Shown here: positions 22,901-33,627 of the stretch, one piece after another | How the letters are laid out: each line of letters begins with the position of its first letter | How positions within the stretch are numbered: position 1 is the stretch's first letter | Assembly (NCBI GenBank): GCA_001275005.1 | Contig: JWZX01003149.1 | Coordinates: forward strand, 1-40,134 | DNA length: 40,134 nucleotides | Source of the DNA: Chrysochromulina tobinii | Lineage: Eukaryota | Direction of reading: 5' to 3' | Notes under the pieces: generated by a model | Told to the model about the DNA's origin: nothing | What the model saw: the letters and a program-made list of their open reading frames with translations, nothing else | Databases searched by the model: none | Made by a program: the position numbers and the translations under genes

Positions 22901-25900
22901 CAGTCGTCGGCGAATTCAACACGCTCGAGGAAGGGCATCCCTAGCTCCTTGGCGAGGCGCACGACGCCGATGCGCTTGCGGCTTGTCTTGGACACCAAGT
23001 CGAACTGTTGCTCGCCTGGGAGCTTCTCGAACGACTCGCTTCCCGTCCACTTGGTCACCTCGAAGGCGGCGTTGTGGGAGTTGAACATGAGCAACAGCGT
23101 CGCGGGCTTCTCGATGAGGCGGTGGCGCGAGGGCGTGCCTTCGTCGCTCCTGCTCAGCGGCCGGCGGCCCGCCACCATGAACGGCAGCGCGCTCGTGTGC
23201 TTCTTGGTGAGCACCTTCTCCACCTTCTTGCCGAGCGCGCGCGAGAGCGACTTGGCCGTGTGCACCCTCAGATCGAATTCGAGCTTGAGCGGCGTGATGC
23301 TATCGAGCATGGACACCTCGACGCCCTTATGTTCTTTGGAGACCTGGATCCAGCCAATCGGCTCCTTGACCTGCGAGTCGCCCTTGGCGAGCCAAGCCCA
23401 CATCTTACCGTCGGCCCCGACCTTCTCCTCGAGGACGCGCACCAGCGCGTCCTTTGGGATGTCGTCGAGCTTCTTAGAGGTGTTGTCGGGTCCGTCGCGG
23501 CAGTTGATCGTGCGAGAGGCCTTTTTCAGCTCGTACGTGGCGGAGGCGTACTTGAGGTTCTCTATGCCGTCCTTGGTGAGGCCCGTCACCCAGCCCAGCG
23601 CCTCAGTGTCGCCGTCGAGCGCGATGAACATGCGCTTGGTGCTGTCTAAGGTCTTCTCCTCGAGCACGCGCATGAGGCAGCCCACCCCGATTTTCTGGCC
23701 TACCGTCGGAGACGCGGGGTTCTCGTCCTTACGCGCGACGAGGGGCACCATCGAGATCATCATCGGCGCGGTGCTGAACGGGTTCACATCCTCCTTTTGC
23801 TCCTCCTCAACCTTCTTGCCCTTCTTCCTCTTGCCCCCGACGGGCTCGACCTCTTTAACGGCCTTCTTCTCCTCTTTCTTCTCGTCCACCGGCGCCGAGC
23901 GTGGCGACGCGGAGCCCTTCTTGACCACCTTCTTGGCCCCGGCGGCGGCCGCGCCTGCGCGCGGCGTCGCTGAGCCGCTCGGCTTGCCTCGCGGCGTTGT
24001 CTTGCCGTTGCCACCACGCGCCGAGTCTTTGCGCTCCGTGTCCCCGCCGCCTGTGCGCGACGAGTCCCCGCCGCTGTCGTCCTCCTTGGTGCTGTTCTTG
24101 CCTTTGGTCGCGTCCTTGTCCTTGTCCTTGGCCGCGAAGGGGTTCTTCTTCTTCCCATCGAGGAGTTTCTTCATGCCGGGCTTGCCACCAGCCTTCTTCT
24201 CTTCCACCGCCTTCTCTTCCGGCGTCTGCTCGACCTCGGCGTTGGCGAGCAGCGGCACAGGCTTACCTCCCGGAGAGCTTGCTTTCTCGTTGGCGTGCTC
24301 CCCCTCCTCGGCGCCCTCGTCCTTGCTGTCGGGGATGACGAGCACGGGCTCGGTGATCAGCTCGGCGCTCGAGATCGCCTGCCCCTCGACTGGCTCACCC
24401 TCCACGAACTCGCCCTCGGCCAGGTCGACCCCCTTCACCTGCTCGCCACCCTTATTGCTCGCAACGGTTTTGCTCAGGTCGAGGTTCACCGGCTTCGTCG
24501 GATTCTCCGCCTTCGCCTTCTCGAGCCGCCTCACCTCTTCCTTTCGCATGTGGTTGTCATCCGAGAGCCGCAGGCCGCCCAGGAAGCCGCGGAAGCCCGC
24601 GGCCGCGGGCAGGGGCGGCTTGAGCGGGAGCTGCTGCTGCTCGAGCATGTGCACGAGTGAGTCGATGGCCGCCGATGTGTACGTGCCACGAAGCACCTGC
24701 TCGCCAGAGATGCGGTCGGGCCACAGGCCGCAGGCCCCATTGCCATGCAGGAGCAGCTCGTTGATCGTCGCGCCGCCGAGCATCGCGTCCGAGAGGGCGG
24801 TGAACGCCGCGCCGCTCCACTCTTCGCGCTTCTCGCCGCTGCCAAAGACGGGCGTGATGCCGCACAGATTGTTGTGCGAGAGGTCGAGGTACTTGAGCGC
24901 GCTCGCGCCCTTGAGCGCGGCCGCGACGAGCACGCCGCCTTGCACCCCGAGCTGGTTGTACTGCAGGTGAAGCGTATGCAGCAGCGGGCAAACCGCAAAA
25001 AACTTGGGGAGTGTTTCGGCAAAGCCAACGCCGAGCTTGTTGCGGCTCAGGTCGAGGATCCCGAGCTGGCGCGGCAGATCGACCGCAGGCGCCATCGCGA
25101 CGACCACGGTCGCAACGTCGGATATCTTGTCGCTGGCCACCGTGCTCGCCTCGGCTTTGGCCGTCGCCATCCCCCAGTTGGAGCGCCGCGTCTTCTGGTT
25201 GACAATCTGCATCAGGAACTTGACGCCCGCGTCGTCATCCATACTCGTCTTGGCCAGCAAGACCCCTAGGATGATTGGGCAGGCCGCAATGAGAGAGGTC
25301 ATCAGAGGTCATCAGTGATCATCAGTAGCACTAACCTAGGATCATGGGGCAGGCCGCAATGAGAGAGGTCATCAGAGGTCATCAGTGGTCATCAGTAGCA
25401 CTAACCTAGGATCATGGGGCAGGCCGCAATGAGAGAGGTCATCAGAGGTCATCAGTGGTCATCAGTAGCACTCACCTAGGATCATGGGGCAGGCCGCAAT
25501 GAGAGAGGTCATCAGAGGTAATCAGTGGTCATCAGTAGCACTCACCTAGGATCATGGGGCAGACCGCAATGGCGCGCGCGATCTCGAGCAGGCCGTCGTA
25601 CGGCTTCGATTCGCCGTCCTTGGGCGCTTTGGGGTCGGGCAGGCACATCGGATTGCGCGAAAAGTCGATCTCGGTCACGGTACGAGCGCGCCTGGAAGAG
25701 GTTTCGAGAGCTCGCCCGATGGCGGCGGCACCCGAGCTCCGAATGCGATTGCCCGCCATGTTGAGCTTCGTGAGCTGCTCCGTGCGCGTGAACGCCTCCG
25801 CAACGAGAGCCGCCTCTTCATCGTTCAGGCGGTTGTCGCGCAGGTCGACGGCCACGACCGCGCGCAACAGCAGCCCGATGGCGGCGAACGAGGTGGGACG

Positions 25901-28900
25901 ATGGCCGCCGACGCGCGCGCGCAGATTGAGGGTCGTGCTGCCCGCCTCGGCCGACGCGCTGAGCAGCCCCGTCTCGAAGTCCTTCCCGATCTCGTTGCCG
26001 AGGCGCAGCGTGTTGCCCCACCACGGCGACCAGCACCATGGCTTTGCCGCCTCGGGAGGCAGCTTCATCCCATTGCAGATCGCCTGCGCGGCGAAGTACT
26101 CCTGGAACGACAGGTGCGACGACTGCATCTCGATGGGCATCATCGAGAGCAGGCTGAGCAGCGGCAGCCGGTCTTGACGCACGCGCTCGCACATGCTGTT
26201 GATCTCGTCCTGACGCGGCGCGGGCAGGTTGCGGCACGCGAGCGCCACCGCCTCGGCGCGCTCGTCACCGAACGCGGTTCGCAGCTGAATGGCTTTGAGC
26301 TCCTCCGGGTTGGCGAGGCCGAGCGCGGCCGTCTGCAGGTCGCCCAGCCGGATGATGCGCCGCTCGGCCGCGTGCGTCTGGAAAAAGGCGGCCTCGAGTA
26401 GCTTACGCAGCTGCGGGATGGGCACCATCGACTTGCTCTGCTGCTTGTCCGCGCGCTCCTTGCGCTCGAGACGGTCGAGCATCGTCGTCGAGGCGACGCG
26501 GTAGAGCTCGACAACGGAACGAGGCATCTCCACGTCCACCTCGTCCAACAAATCTTCCTTCGAGACGCCAGACTTCTTCTTCGGGTCCTTGGCGATCGTG
26601 GTGGACACGTCCAGAAGCGCTGCCTCGGCCGCGGCCGCTTGACGCAACTCAAAGATCGAGATGACCATCGAGAGCACGAGCGGGTTGCCCGTCACGCGGT
26701 CGCCCGTGTCCGCATCGATCGGCACCTTGGTGTTAATGTACCTCATGAGCGTGGCCGCGCGCTTCTGACCAGTCTTGTCACCAACGGCGCGGATCAGACG
26801 GCGCTCGACCACCTCGGTCTGCTGCCCCGGCGTAAGGGGGCGCAGCTCGAGGTGGTGGTAACCCTTGGTCGAGAAGAGCTCTTTGGAGACACCGTTGGGT
26901 CGCGAGGTCACGATGAGCACGTGGCCCTGCGGCGCGAGCACCTCAGCGACGTGGCGCTCGATCGCGTCGCGAGCGCGGCCCGCCTCGTCGATGCCGTCGA
27001 GCAGCAGCACCGCACGCCGCGCCGTGAGCGCCTGGCGCAGGAACCGGTAGATCTCCGAGTGCATGCCGTGCAACGCGCTCAGGTACGCATCGACCCAATT
27101 CCACGCGCGCGCAAAGCCCTCCTCGTCGGCCAGCAGCCGCTTCTGCAGGTCCTGGACCCGGACGAGCACGGGCACCAGGTCCGTGTGGGACGGCTTCCAA
27201 TCGGGTCCCTCAACCGCCCCAGTGCTGCGGAGCACTACGTGCATAACGAGCTGCGACATCAGGCACGACTTGCCGGCGGCAGGCCCCGCAGTCACAAGCA
27301 CGCACACGGGCGCATCGACATCGGAGCCGTCGAGCCGCTTGGCATGCTCGGTGTGCAGCCACTCGCACAGCGCCTTGACATTATCCACTGCCAGGTGGGC
27401 GCCTGAGGTGTCGCTCGCATCCGCAGGCTTGAGCTCGATGGGCACGCAGTGGCCGAGAGAGTCAAGCCGATGGCCGGAGAGGGCGTCGACGATTGATGCG
27501 TGGTGCGAGCGCATCGAGCGGCAGTGGCGCTTCCACAACAAGTGGAAGGAGCTCTGCGGCAGCTCACGCGGTGCGTGGTTGAAGGGGGTCAGGCTCAGAT
27601 TGAACTCGGCGCCGTTGGATTCGGCGCGAAGCCGGTGGACGCTCGGCTGTTCGGCATCCAGGCAGGTGACCACCTCGGCGTCGACCCACGCGTCGCCGTC
27701 GAGCCACTGCTCGCCGCCCACCTTGACGACCAGCTGCTGCCCGGGCGCATACCGGCGCAGCCCGACCACCCCGAGCTCCAGCAGGCTGTCAAAATAGAAT
27801 TTCTCAAGCCTGTCCCACACCGATGGGGCGGCGCCGTCGTCGGACGCAGCGGCGCCGCCGGCGGCCACGCTCTTGAACGAGCGGCTCTTCCTGAAGCTCG
27901 CGCCCGGCGTACCCTCATCGTCCTCGAGGGCGCCCAGACGCGAATTGACGCTCTTCGTTTTGGGAGTACTCTTGGCGCTCTGCTTCGCATTGGGTTGCGT
28001 GGGGGACGCCGAGATCAACGCCTCCTTCATCGCGATGGCGCTTGAAATGGAAAGGTCGAGGACGGCGCTCTGCCCAGCCTCGAGATTCTGCACCTCGATG
28101 TACAGGCTGCGCCCCGACTCGAGAGTCACCATCTCCTGCACCGTGAGTGCGAGCGCCTTCTCGAGCACCTTGAGATGGTTCTTGAGCGTAAGGTCCTTAA
28201 GCTCAAGGTAGCGCCACGCATCAGAACCGGGTTCGGCTTTGGCGGCCGCCAGACGCGCCTCGTCCTCCCGCGCGCCGAGCTGCCCCTTTGCGTCGAAGAG
28301 CTCGGCGCGCTCCGCGTCCAGCAGACGAAGCTCGTCGGTGGTGCCTTCGAGCACACCCTTGCGGTCGCCCGAGGGGCGGTTGGCAAAGGTGCCTGAGCCC
28401 TCCTTGAGAGTCGCGCTCGTGGGGGGCTCCGCGGCCCTCGCCGTGAGCAGCTCCAGCTCGTCGGCCATCGCGACGGTGCGCTGCCCCAGCCGCTGGAGCA
28501 GCTCCTCGGTCAACGCCCTGGGCGGCATCGAGTAGACTCGAGAGGGCAGCTCCTCGATCAGGCCCATCAACACGAGCCCGCTCGAAATCGCGATGAGCGC
28601 CGACGTGTAGTTCGAGGCGAGCAGCTGGATCTCCTTCTTTTTCTTCTCCTCGAACGCCTCGAAGCTACTTGAGCCTTGCTTGAAGGACTGCTTGAATGAC
28701 TCCTCGTTTCCGCCGGGGGTCGAGTCATCGTCCTCCATGGTGCGGCTCTCTACCTTCTGTTGCGCCTCGATAAGGGCACGCTGCCGCTCCTCGAGGTCGG
28801 CCTTGGATGCGCCGAGCTGCTCCTTCGCCGCCTCCACCTCGGCCACCTTGCAAGCCGTGAGCTCCTTGGCCACCTCGAGCCGCTGCTGCTTGAGCTCTGC

Positions 28901-31900
28901 CTGGCGTGTGGCTAGGGCCGGGTGTGCGATCACAATCGTGTGGTACGAATCCTCAACCTCAGCGCCCATGAGCTTCAGCTGCACACCCGCCACAATGATG
29001 CTCTGACACGCTCGGCGCGCGCGCATCATTTGGTCGATGACCATCGTCGAAGAGGGCGTGAGGCCCTCCAACTCGATCTGTAACGACTGCAACACCCCAA
29101 ACTCGACCGTCTTCCGTCGACCGCCGGCCGGGCCGTGGCTTGGAGAGACTCGCTGCGCGAGCTTGCGCATTGACGTGATCGTCAACACGTCGCAACGCAC
29201 GGCGTCGCAGAGCGCCGCATACGCCATGCTGGTGGGCTTGCGCCAGGGCAGGGCCACTTGGTTGCAGTCGTCGAATGCCACCAGCCGACGCACGGGCCCC
29301 TCCTCCTGCTCCTCGCGCTCCTCCTCGCGGCTGCTCGGGATCAGATGCTCCGCGGCGCAGTGCTCGCGCAACTCTCGGGAATCGCTCTCGGTCACGCCTG
29401 ACACGGCGAGGACGGAGCGTGCGACAGAGTAGGGCGTGATCACTGAGAATCGCGAGAGGCCGTTGCCGCCCTCGAGCCGGCTCTCAATCTCGGGGACCAT
29501 GAGCAGCAGCTGGCCGGGCGCGAGCTGCAGTGAGCTCGCGGCCGCTTGAACCTTGCCGATGGGCGAGGGCACGGGCGGGAACGGGAGCGCCGCGCTGAGC
29601 GCGAGGCTGCACTTGCATGCGAGGTGCATCGCGACGCGCTTCTGGCCGCTCGACAAGCGCGGACCGTGCAGGTGGCCGAGCGCCGTGCTGAGCAGGGGCA
29701 GCAGCAAGTTCACCGCATGCAGGTCAGCGTCGAGGCACGGTCGCTCACCCGGCAGGCCGCTCGAGCGCTGCTGCTCGAGCTGCGAGCACTGCGCCACCAC
29801 GTCGCACGAGCGCTCGATGGCCAGAGTCGCCAGCTGCAGCGCGAGCTTCGGACGTGACTCCATCCCTGCGGGCGTCTCCACGATCGCCATCTGCCAGAGC
29901 TGCGGCGGATCGCCCTCGCGCACGGCGAAGAGCGTGTCGATGACGGCACACACTTCGGCCTCCCGCTTACGAGCGACCTCGACGTCCACGAGCTGGGCCA
30001 CCGCCGCTCGGAGCGTCTCACGTGCCTGGATGTCGCGCTTCGACTGGTGCTCGGCGGTATGGTACTGCCGGGGCGGTGGCTCGAGAGCACGTGCCGCGAG
30101 CATGGCGACATCCTCGCAGCCGTCGGCCATCGTGATGATGTCGAGCGCCGTCTTCTCCGGGACGCCGAGCATGCTGCCCAGCTTGGCCGCGAGCGCTGTC
30201 GCGGGTAGCGCCGACCTTTGTATCTCGGCGAGCGAGATTGGGATCGGGTAGTGCTCGACGAGGATCGAGCCGAGCAGGCGCGCCGTGTCGGCGAACGCGG
30301 GCCCCGGATTGGAGGCCGCGAGGTCGGCCAGCCACACGTTGTCCTGCGCATCCACCAGGACTTGCGCCGGCCGCAAGTCGCCGTGCTGCTGGGTGTAGAG
30401 AGGCTGCCACTCCGCAAGCCACGCGACGGGCTCGCCCCCCCATCCCGAGCTGCTCTGCAGCAGCCGCACCGCGCTCAAGATCGGCTCGAGGGTCACCTCA
30501 TCGAATCGCTCTGCCGAACCCAACGAATCTCTCGTGGGTCGCCTCGTCGAGCCATGCTCGTGCTTCGAACGATGATCGTGCTCGAGGTTCACAGGCTCGA
30601 GTACGATCGAGTGCTCGAACTGGTGGCGCTCGAGAAGCTTCATCTGATCCTCATCCTCGAGCTCATCGAGCTCGGGCATTTCTTCGAGCAATTTCAAGAG
30701 CTCCATGGGCGGCTTGTAGTCCACCTTCTTGACCAGAGCGGCGTGCGCGGCCGACGGGCTGAAGGCGATGCACAGGCTCTCGAGCAGCTGCGCGAGCGTC
30801 GTGCTGATCATCCCCTCCGACGCCGTCGCCACGTGCTCAGCACGACGCGCCGTCTTGAGCGCGAGCCCGCTCAGCGGCCCTCCATGCCCCCAGAGCTCGT
30901 TCAAGACGGTGACGGGCGAGCACGAGACAAACGAGGACTCTGAGCGTGACTGGCCACTCAGATCCAGCAGCAGCAGGCCGCGCAACGTGGTGAGGAGCTC
31001 GACCTTGCCCAGCTTGCCATAGAAATCCGGCGTCACCCAGCAGGCTCCCGTCATCTCAAGCACCATGCCGCCGAAGTCCGCGTCGCCGGCGATGGGCGCC
31101 GCCGGCGCTGCCGCCGGCGTCGCGACCACGAGCTTCGAGAACGAGCCTTCGCCTGCCGAGATCGCGGGCGGGGCCTCGCGCTCAGCACCGTTGAAGGCGA
31201 CGTAGAGCGGCCCGCGCACCGCCCGAACGGTGTCGGCACCAAGGAGCGAGGTGACCTCAGTGAGGCGTTCCGCCTCGTGCATGATAGCTGGGGCCGCACT
31301 GAGTCGAAGCACCGTGGGCTCATTGGCGGTGCCGTCAGCGTCGGCCGAATCCACGAGAAGCGAGAGGGCGCCGGAGGGCTCCTTTTCGAGCACCTTGCAG
31401 ATGATGAGCGACGAGCCCACGTACAGGCGCGCGATCAGGCGAACGTACGCGACCTTGCGCACCGAAGGCGCGCCGAGATCACCGCGCAGCTGCAGCACTG
31501 TCTCGATGAAGGCAGGCGGGATGCGCCCATCCTTATCTCCAGGGCACACAATCGTTCCGTTGCCGAGCTCGTAGAACTCGAGCCCAGCTCGAATGGCTCT
31601 GTGCACGTTGACCCACACGTACGCCGTGCAGTCGGCGCGCATGCCAGAGACGATGTTCGCCTCGCCTCGAATCCCCTTGCCAAAGTGGACGAAGTTGCGA
31701 CTCATGGTGGAGAGCCCCCGCTTGAGGATGCCACTCTCGCCCTCGAGGACCTCGAGATACGTGCCGTGCAGAGCATACTCGACCGCGGCCAACGTCGAGT
31801 AACCGTCGGCCGGCTCGTCGACTACCAGCCGCACGCCGGGCTTCATGAGCGATGGGATCGTGGTGATCGTGTGTCCTTCATAGGCGCGGATCCGAGGGAT

Positions 31901-33271
31901 GGGCGTGGTGTAGCTGAGCTCGAAGCGGCACACCTCGCCAGTGTTGACGAGCTCTTTGAGGTGGTCCTCGGTGTACTTTAGGCGCTCGCCCACGGGCCCC
32001 TGCAGCGATTCCCAGCGCCCGTCATCGGCGACCCCCGGCCCATGGTTGACGTACTCGAGCGCAGCCTTGATCGTCACCCATCCATCCTTTTCCATCTGGA
32101 CGCCGACGCGCACCGCGTGGTGGCGCAGCAAGTTGGACAGAAGCTTCGAGAGACGGACAAGTGGCTTCGGGGGCTCGGACGTGGCCGTCGGCTCGACGCT
32201 GTCACCGACCAGGTAGAGCTTCGCGCGCTGCCAGCTGCGCTTGGCCTTCAGCGCAGCGAGCTGCTGACGCTTCTTGAACGACCTCTCGGGCGACTTCTCG
32301 AGGTCCCTGGTACGCTGGCGCGCCAGTGCACGGGCCGCTTTCTCGTTGGCCGCCCTCTCAGCTGCCCTCTCAGCGGCCGCTGTCGCCTCGGCCGTCTTGG
32401 CCGCCTCGGCGGCTGCAGTCTCCTCGGCAATCTCATCGGCAATCGGCGCAGCGGCGGCAGCGGCGGCGGCGGCGGCCTCCGCCGCCGCCTGTTCCTCAGC
32501 CTCAATCTGTGCCACGAGCGCCGCGGCCTGCGCCTGCGCCTCCACCTTTTGCGCCTCCCAAGCGGTCTCCTGCTCGGCCGCATCCGCCTCCTGCTCGGCC
32601 GCATCCGCCTCCTGCTCGGCCGCATCCGCCTCCTGCTCGGCCGCATCGGCCGTCGCGCGGGCCGCGTCCTCCTCGGCCATCTCCGAGGCGGCGGCGGCGG
32701 CGGCAATATCGAGCTCCATTTCGGAGGCAGCTTCTGTGGGCTGCGGCGAGAGCTGGGAGGCAGGCTCTGAGTCCAGCCTGGCAGAGACGGGTCGCAGCAG
32801 GTTCTGTGGATCCATACGGGGAGAGCCTAGCACCACGAGGGGACCGAGGACAGATTCGCTCGCTGCCCTGCCCCGTTCCGACTGTAGATCGTCCTCCTTT
32901 GCTGCCTCGTGATCGCGTGTGTACAGCAGCCGCGTCTGTTGGCGCGACATCGCCCCACGCTGGCGTGCCTGGATGACGGCAGCCGCGCGGTCCACATCGA
33001 GCTTCGGGATGACGACGCCGCCGACGGTATCGGCGGCGTCGGTGGGTGGGTCACGAGCGGTGACTGCGCGGCTGCTGCTGCTGCAATTGCTGCGGGCGCT
33101 CGTAGGCTCCTTGATGAACTCCGGGTCCGCCTCCGTGATGGGCTCCGGGTCCGCCTCGTGCGGCCGCGAAAAGAGCAACTGCGTCCGCTTCCGAGTCATG
33201 GCGCCACGGCCGCGTGCTTGTATGACCGTGGCGCACCGCTCCAGCTCCAAGGGCGGAACCTCAGGTGGCAT
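13909..33271 (-). CDS. Giant (~6,360 aa) multi-NACHT NLR-like protein: IQ x2 - Tpt1/KptA - kinase-like - NACHT1 - LRR - SH3-like x2 - NACHT2 - LRR - degenerate NACHT3 - LRR; exons 33271-25546 and 25265-13909
   Basis: The 2579-aa and 3797-aa ORFs join in frame (ATG ATC CTA G|GG GTC TTG = MILGVL) on removing GT..AG intron 25545-25266. NACHT1: TAGPAAGKS, VLLLDGIDE, IVTSRP, GNPLVL, HLSFQEYFAA. NACHT2: RAGPGTGKT, VILVDGVDE, VITSRP, GVPVLL, FKHLSFQEGL. Many RNI-like LRRs plus a block of typical LRRs (~16240-16630). Confidence 0.85.
23340..23760 (-). other. Two tandem SH3-like (SH3b-type) domains within the giant gene
   Basis: LVARKDENPASPTVGQKIGVGCLMRVLEEK..LGWVT and INCRDGPDNTSKKLDDIPKDALVRVLEEK..IGWIQ follow the lnvR.gP...s..i..l..G..v.vl....GWv pattern. 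Confidence 0.6.
25266..25545 (-). repeat. Spliceosomal intron composed of exactly four tandem 70-bp units
   Basis: Minus-strand unit GT(G/T)AGTGCTACTGATGACCACTGATGACCTCTGATGACCTCTCTCATTGCGGCCTGCCCCATGATCCTAG repeated 4 times (280 bp, few substitutions). Its last ~25 nt copy the end of the upstream exon (25546-25570). Confidence 0.9.
29640..31450 (-). other. Protein-kinase-like (APH/choline-kinase-type) domain, probably catalytically degenerate
   Basis: HGDLRPAQVLVDAQDNVWLADL matches HGDLxxxN...(W)xxDF, but with N->Q and DF->DL. The beta3 Lys appears replaced (EPTVLRL) and the Gly-loop is eroded. Boundaries are approximate. Confidence 0.6.
31500..32160 (-). other. Tpt1/KptA RNA 2'-phosphotransferase (PTS_2-RNA) domain within the giant NLR-like gene
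   Basis: LSKLLSNLLRHH..MEKDGWVTI, CRFE, RIRAYEGHT, LHGT, ILKRGLSTMSRNFVHF, SGMR, FYELGNGTIVCPG..GRIPPAF. The Arg-His-Arg-Arg catalytic tetrad appears intact. Confidence 0.9.
32567..32647 (-). repeat. 21-bp coding tandem repeat (~3.9 copies) encoding EQEADAA
   Basis: CTCCTGCTCGGCCGCATCCGC repeated on the + strand, in frame in the Ala/Glu-rich N-terminal region of the giant protein. Confidence 0.9.
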
Positions 33272-33627
33272 GGACCAAGGTGGACCGGTCCACTGGTGCG
33301 CCCCGTACCTACCGCCTTTGCGAGGAAGGCCTTCGCTTTGGGAGCAAGAAGTTGGGATGATTGCGTTTCATCGAGCTCCACTTCCTACATGTGAAAAAGG
33401 CTCCTAGATGTCCTTTAATTACTGTCAAATTTGCGAACGTCAGCCTCATGGGTCCTTCTCAGCGCAGAAATGGGCTGGACGCTGGAGGGGCATCTCAACC
33501 CGGCAGACATGCGGGCGTATCAATCCCAAGAATGACAACCGGAACGAAGCGAACTGCTTGCTTGCGTATATTCTTCCGTCGGGAGTCAGAGGTGCTGGCC
33601 AATTTATGAGGACCGCGTTTTCCCTAA
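33272..33627. promoter_or_regulatory. Short divergent (putative bidirectional) promoter between the giant NLR-like gene and the SAMHD1-like gene
   Basis: 356 bp of lower-GC sequence between two oppositely oriented ATGs (33271 on -, 33628 on +). Function inferred from geometry only. Confidence 0.55.

Noticed and set aside
13909..25302. 3797-aa ORF as an independent gene starting MTSLIAACP
   Set aside because: Its ATG lies inside the intronic repeat, and splicing joins it in frame, mid-LRR, to the upstream ORF.
25265..25570. 70-bp repeat array as a CRISPR array
   Set aside because: The units are contiguous and near-identical with no unique spacers, there are no cas genes, and the array is exactly a GT-AG intron in a eukaryotic gene.
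15268..32976. Numerous long antisense/alternate-frame ORFs (e.g. 22706-24970 +, 16105-17823 +, 17827-19347 +)
   Set aside because: Shadow ORFs caused by high GC3 codon bias opposite the giant gene; no domain motifs.
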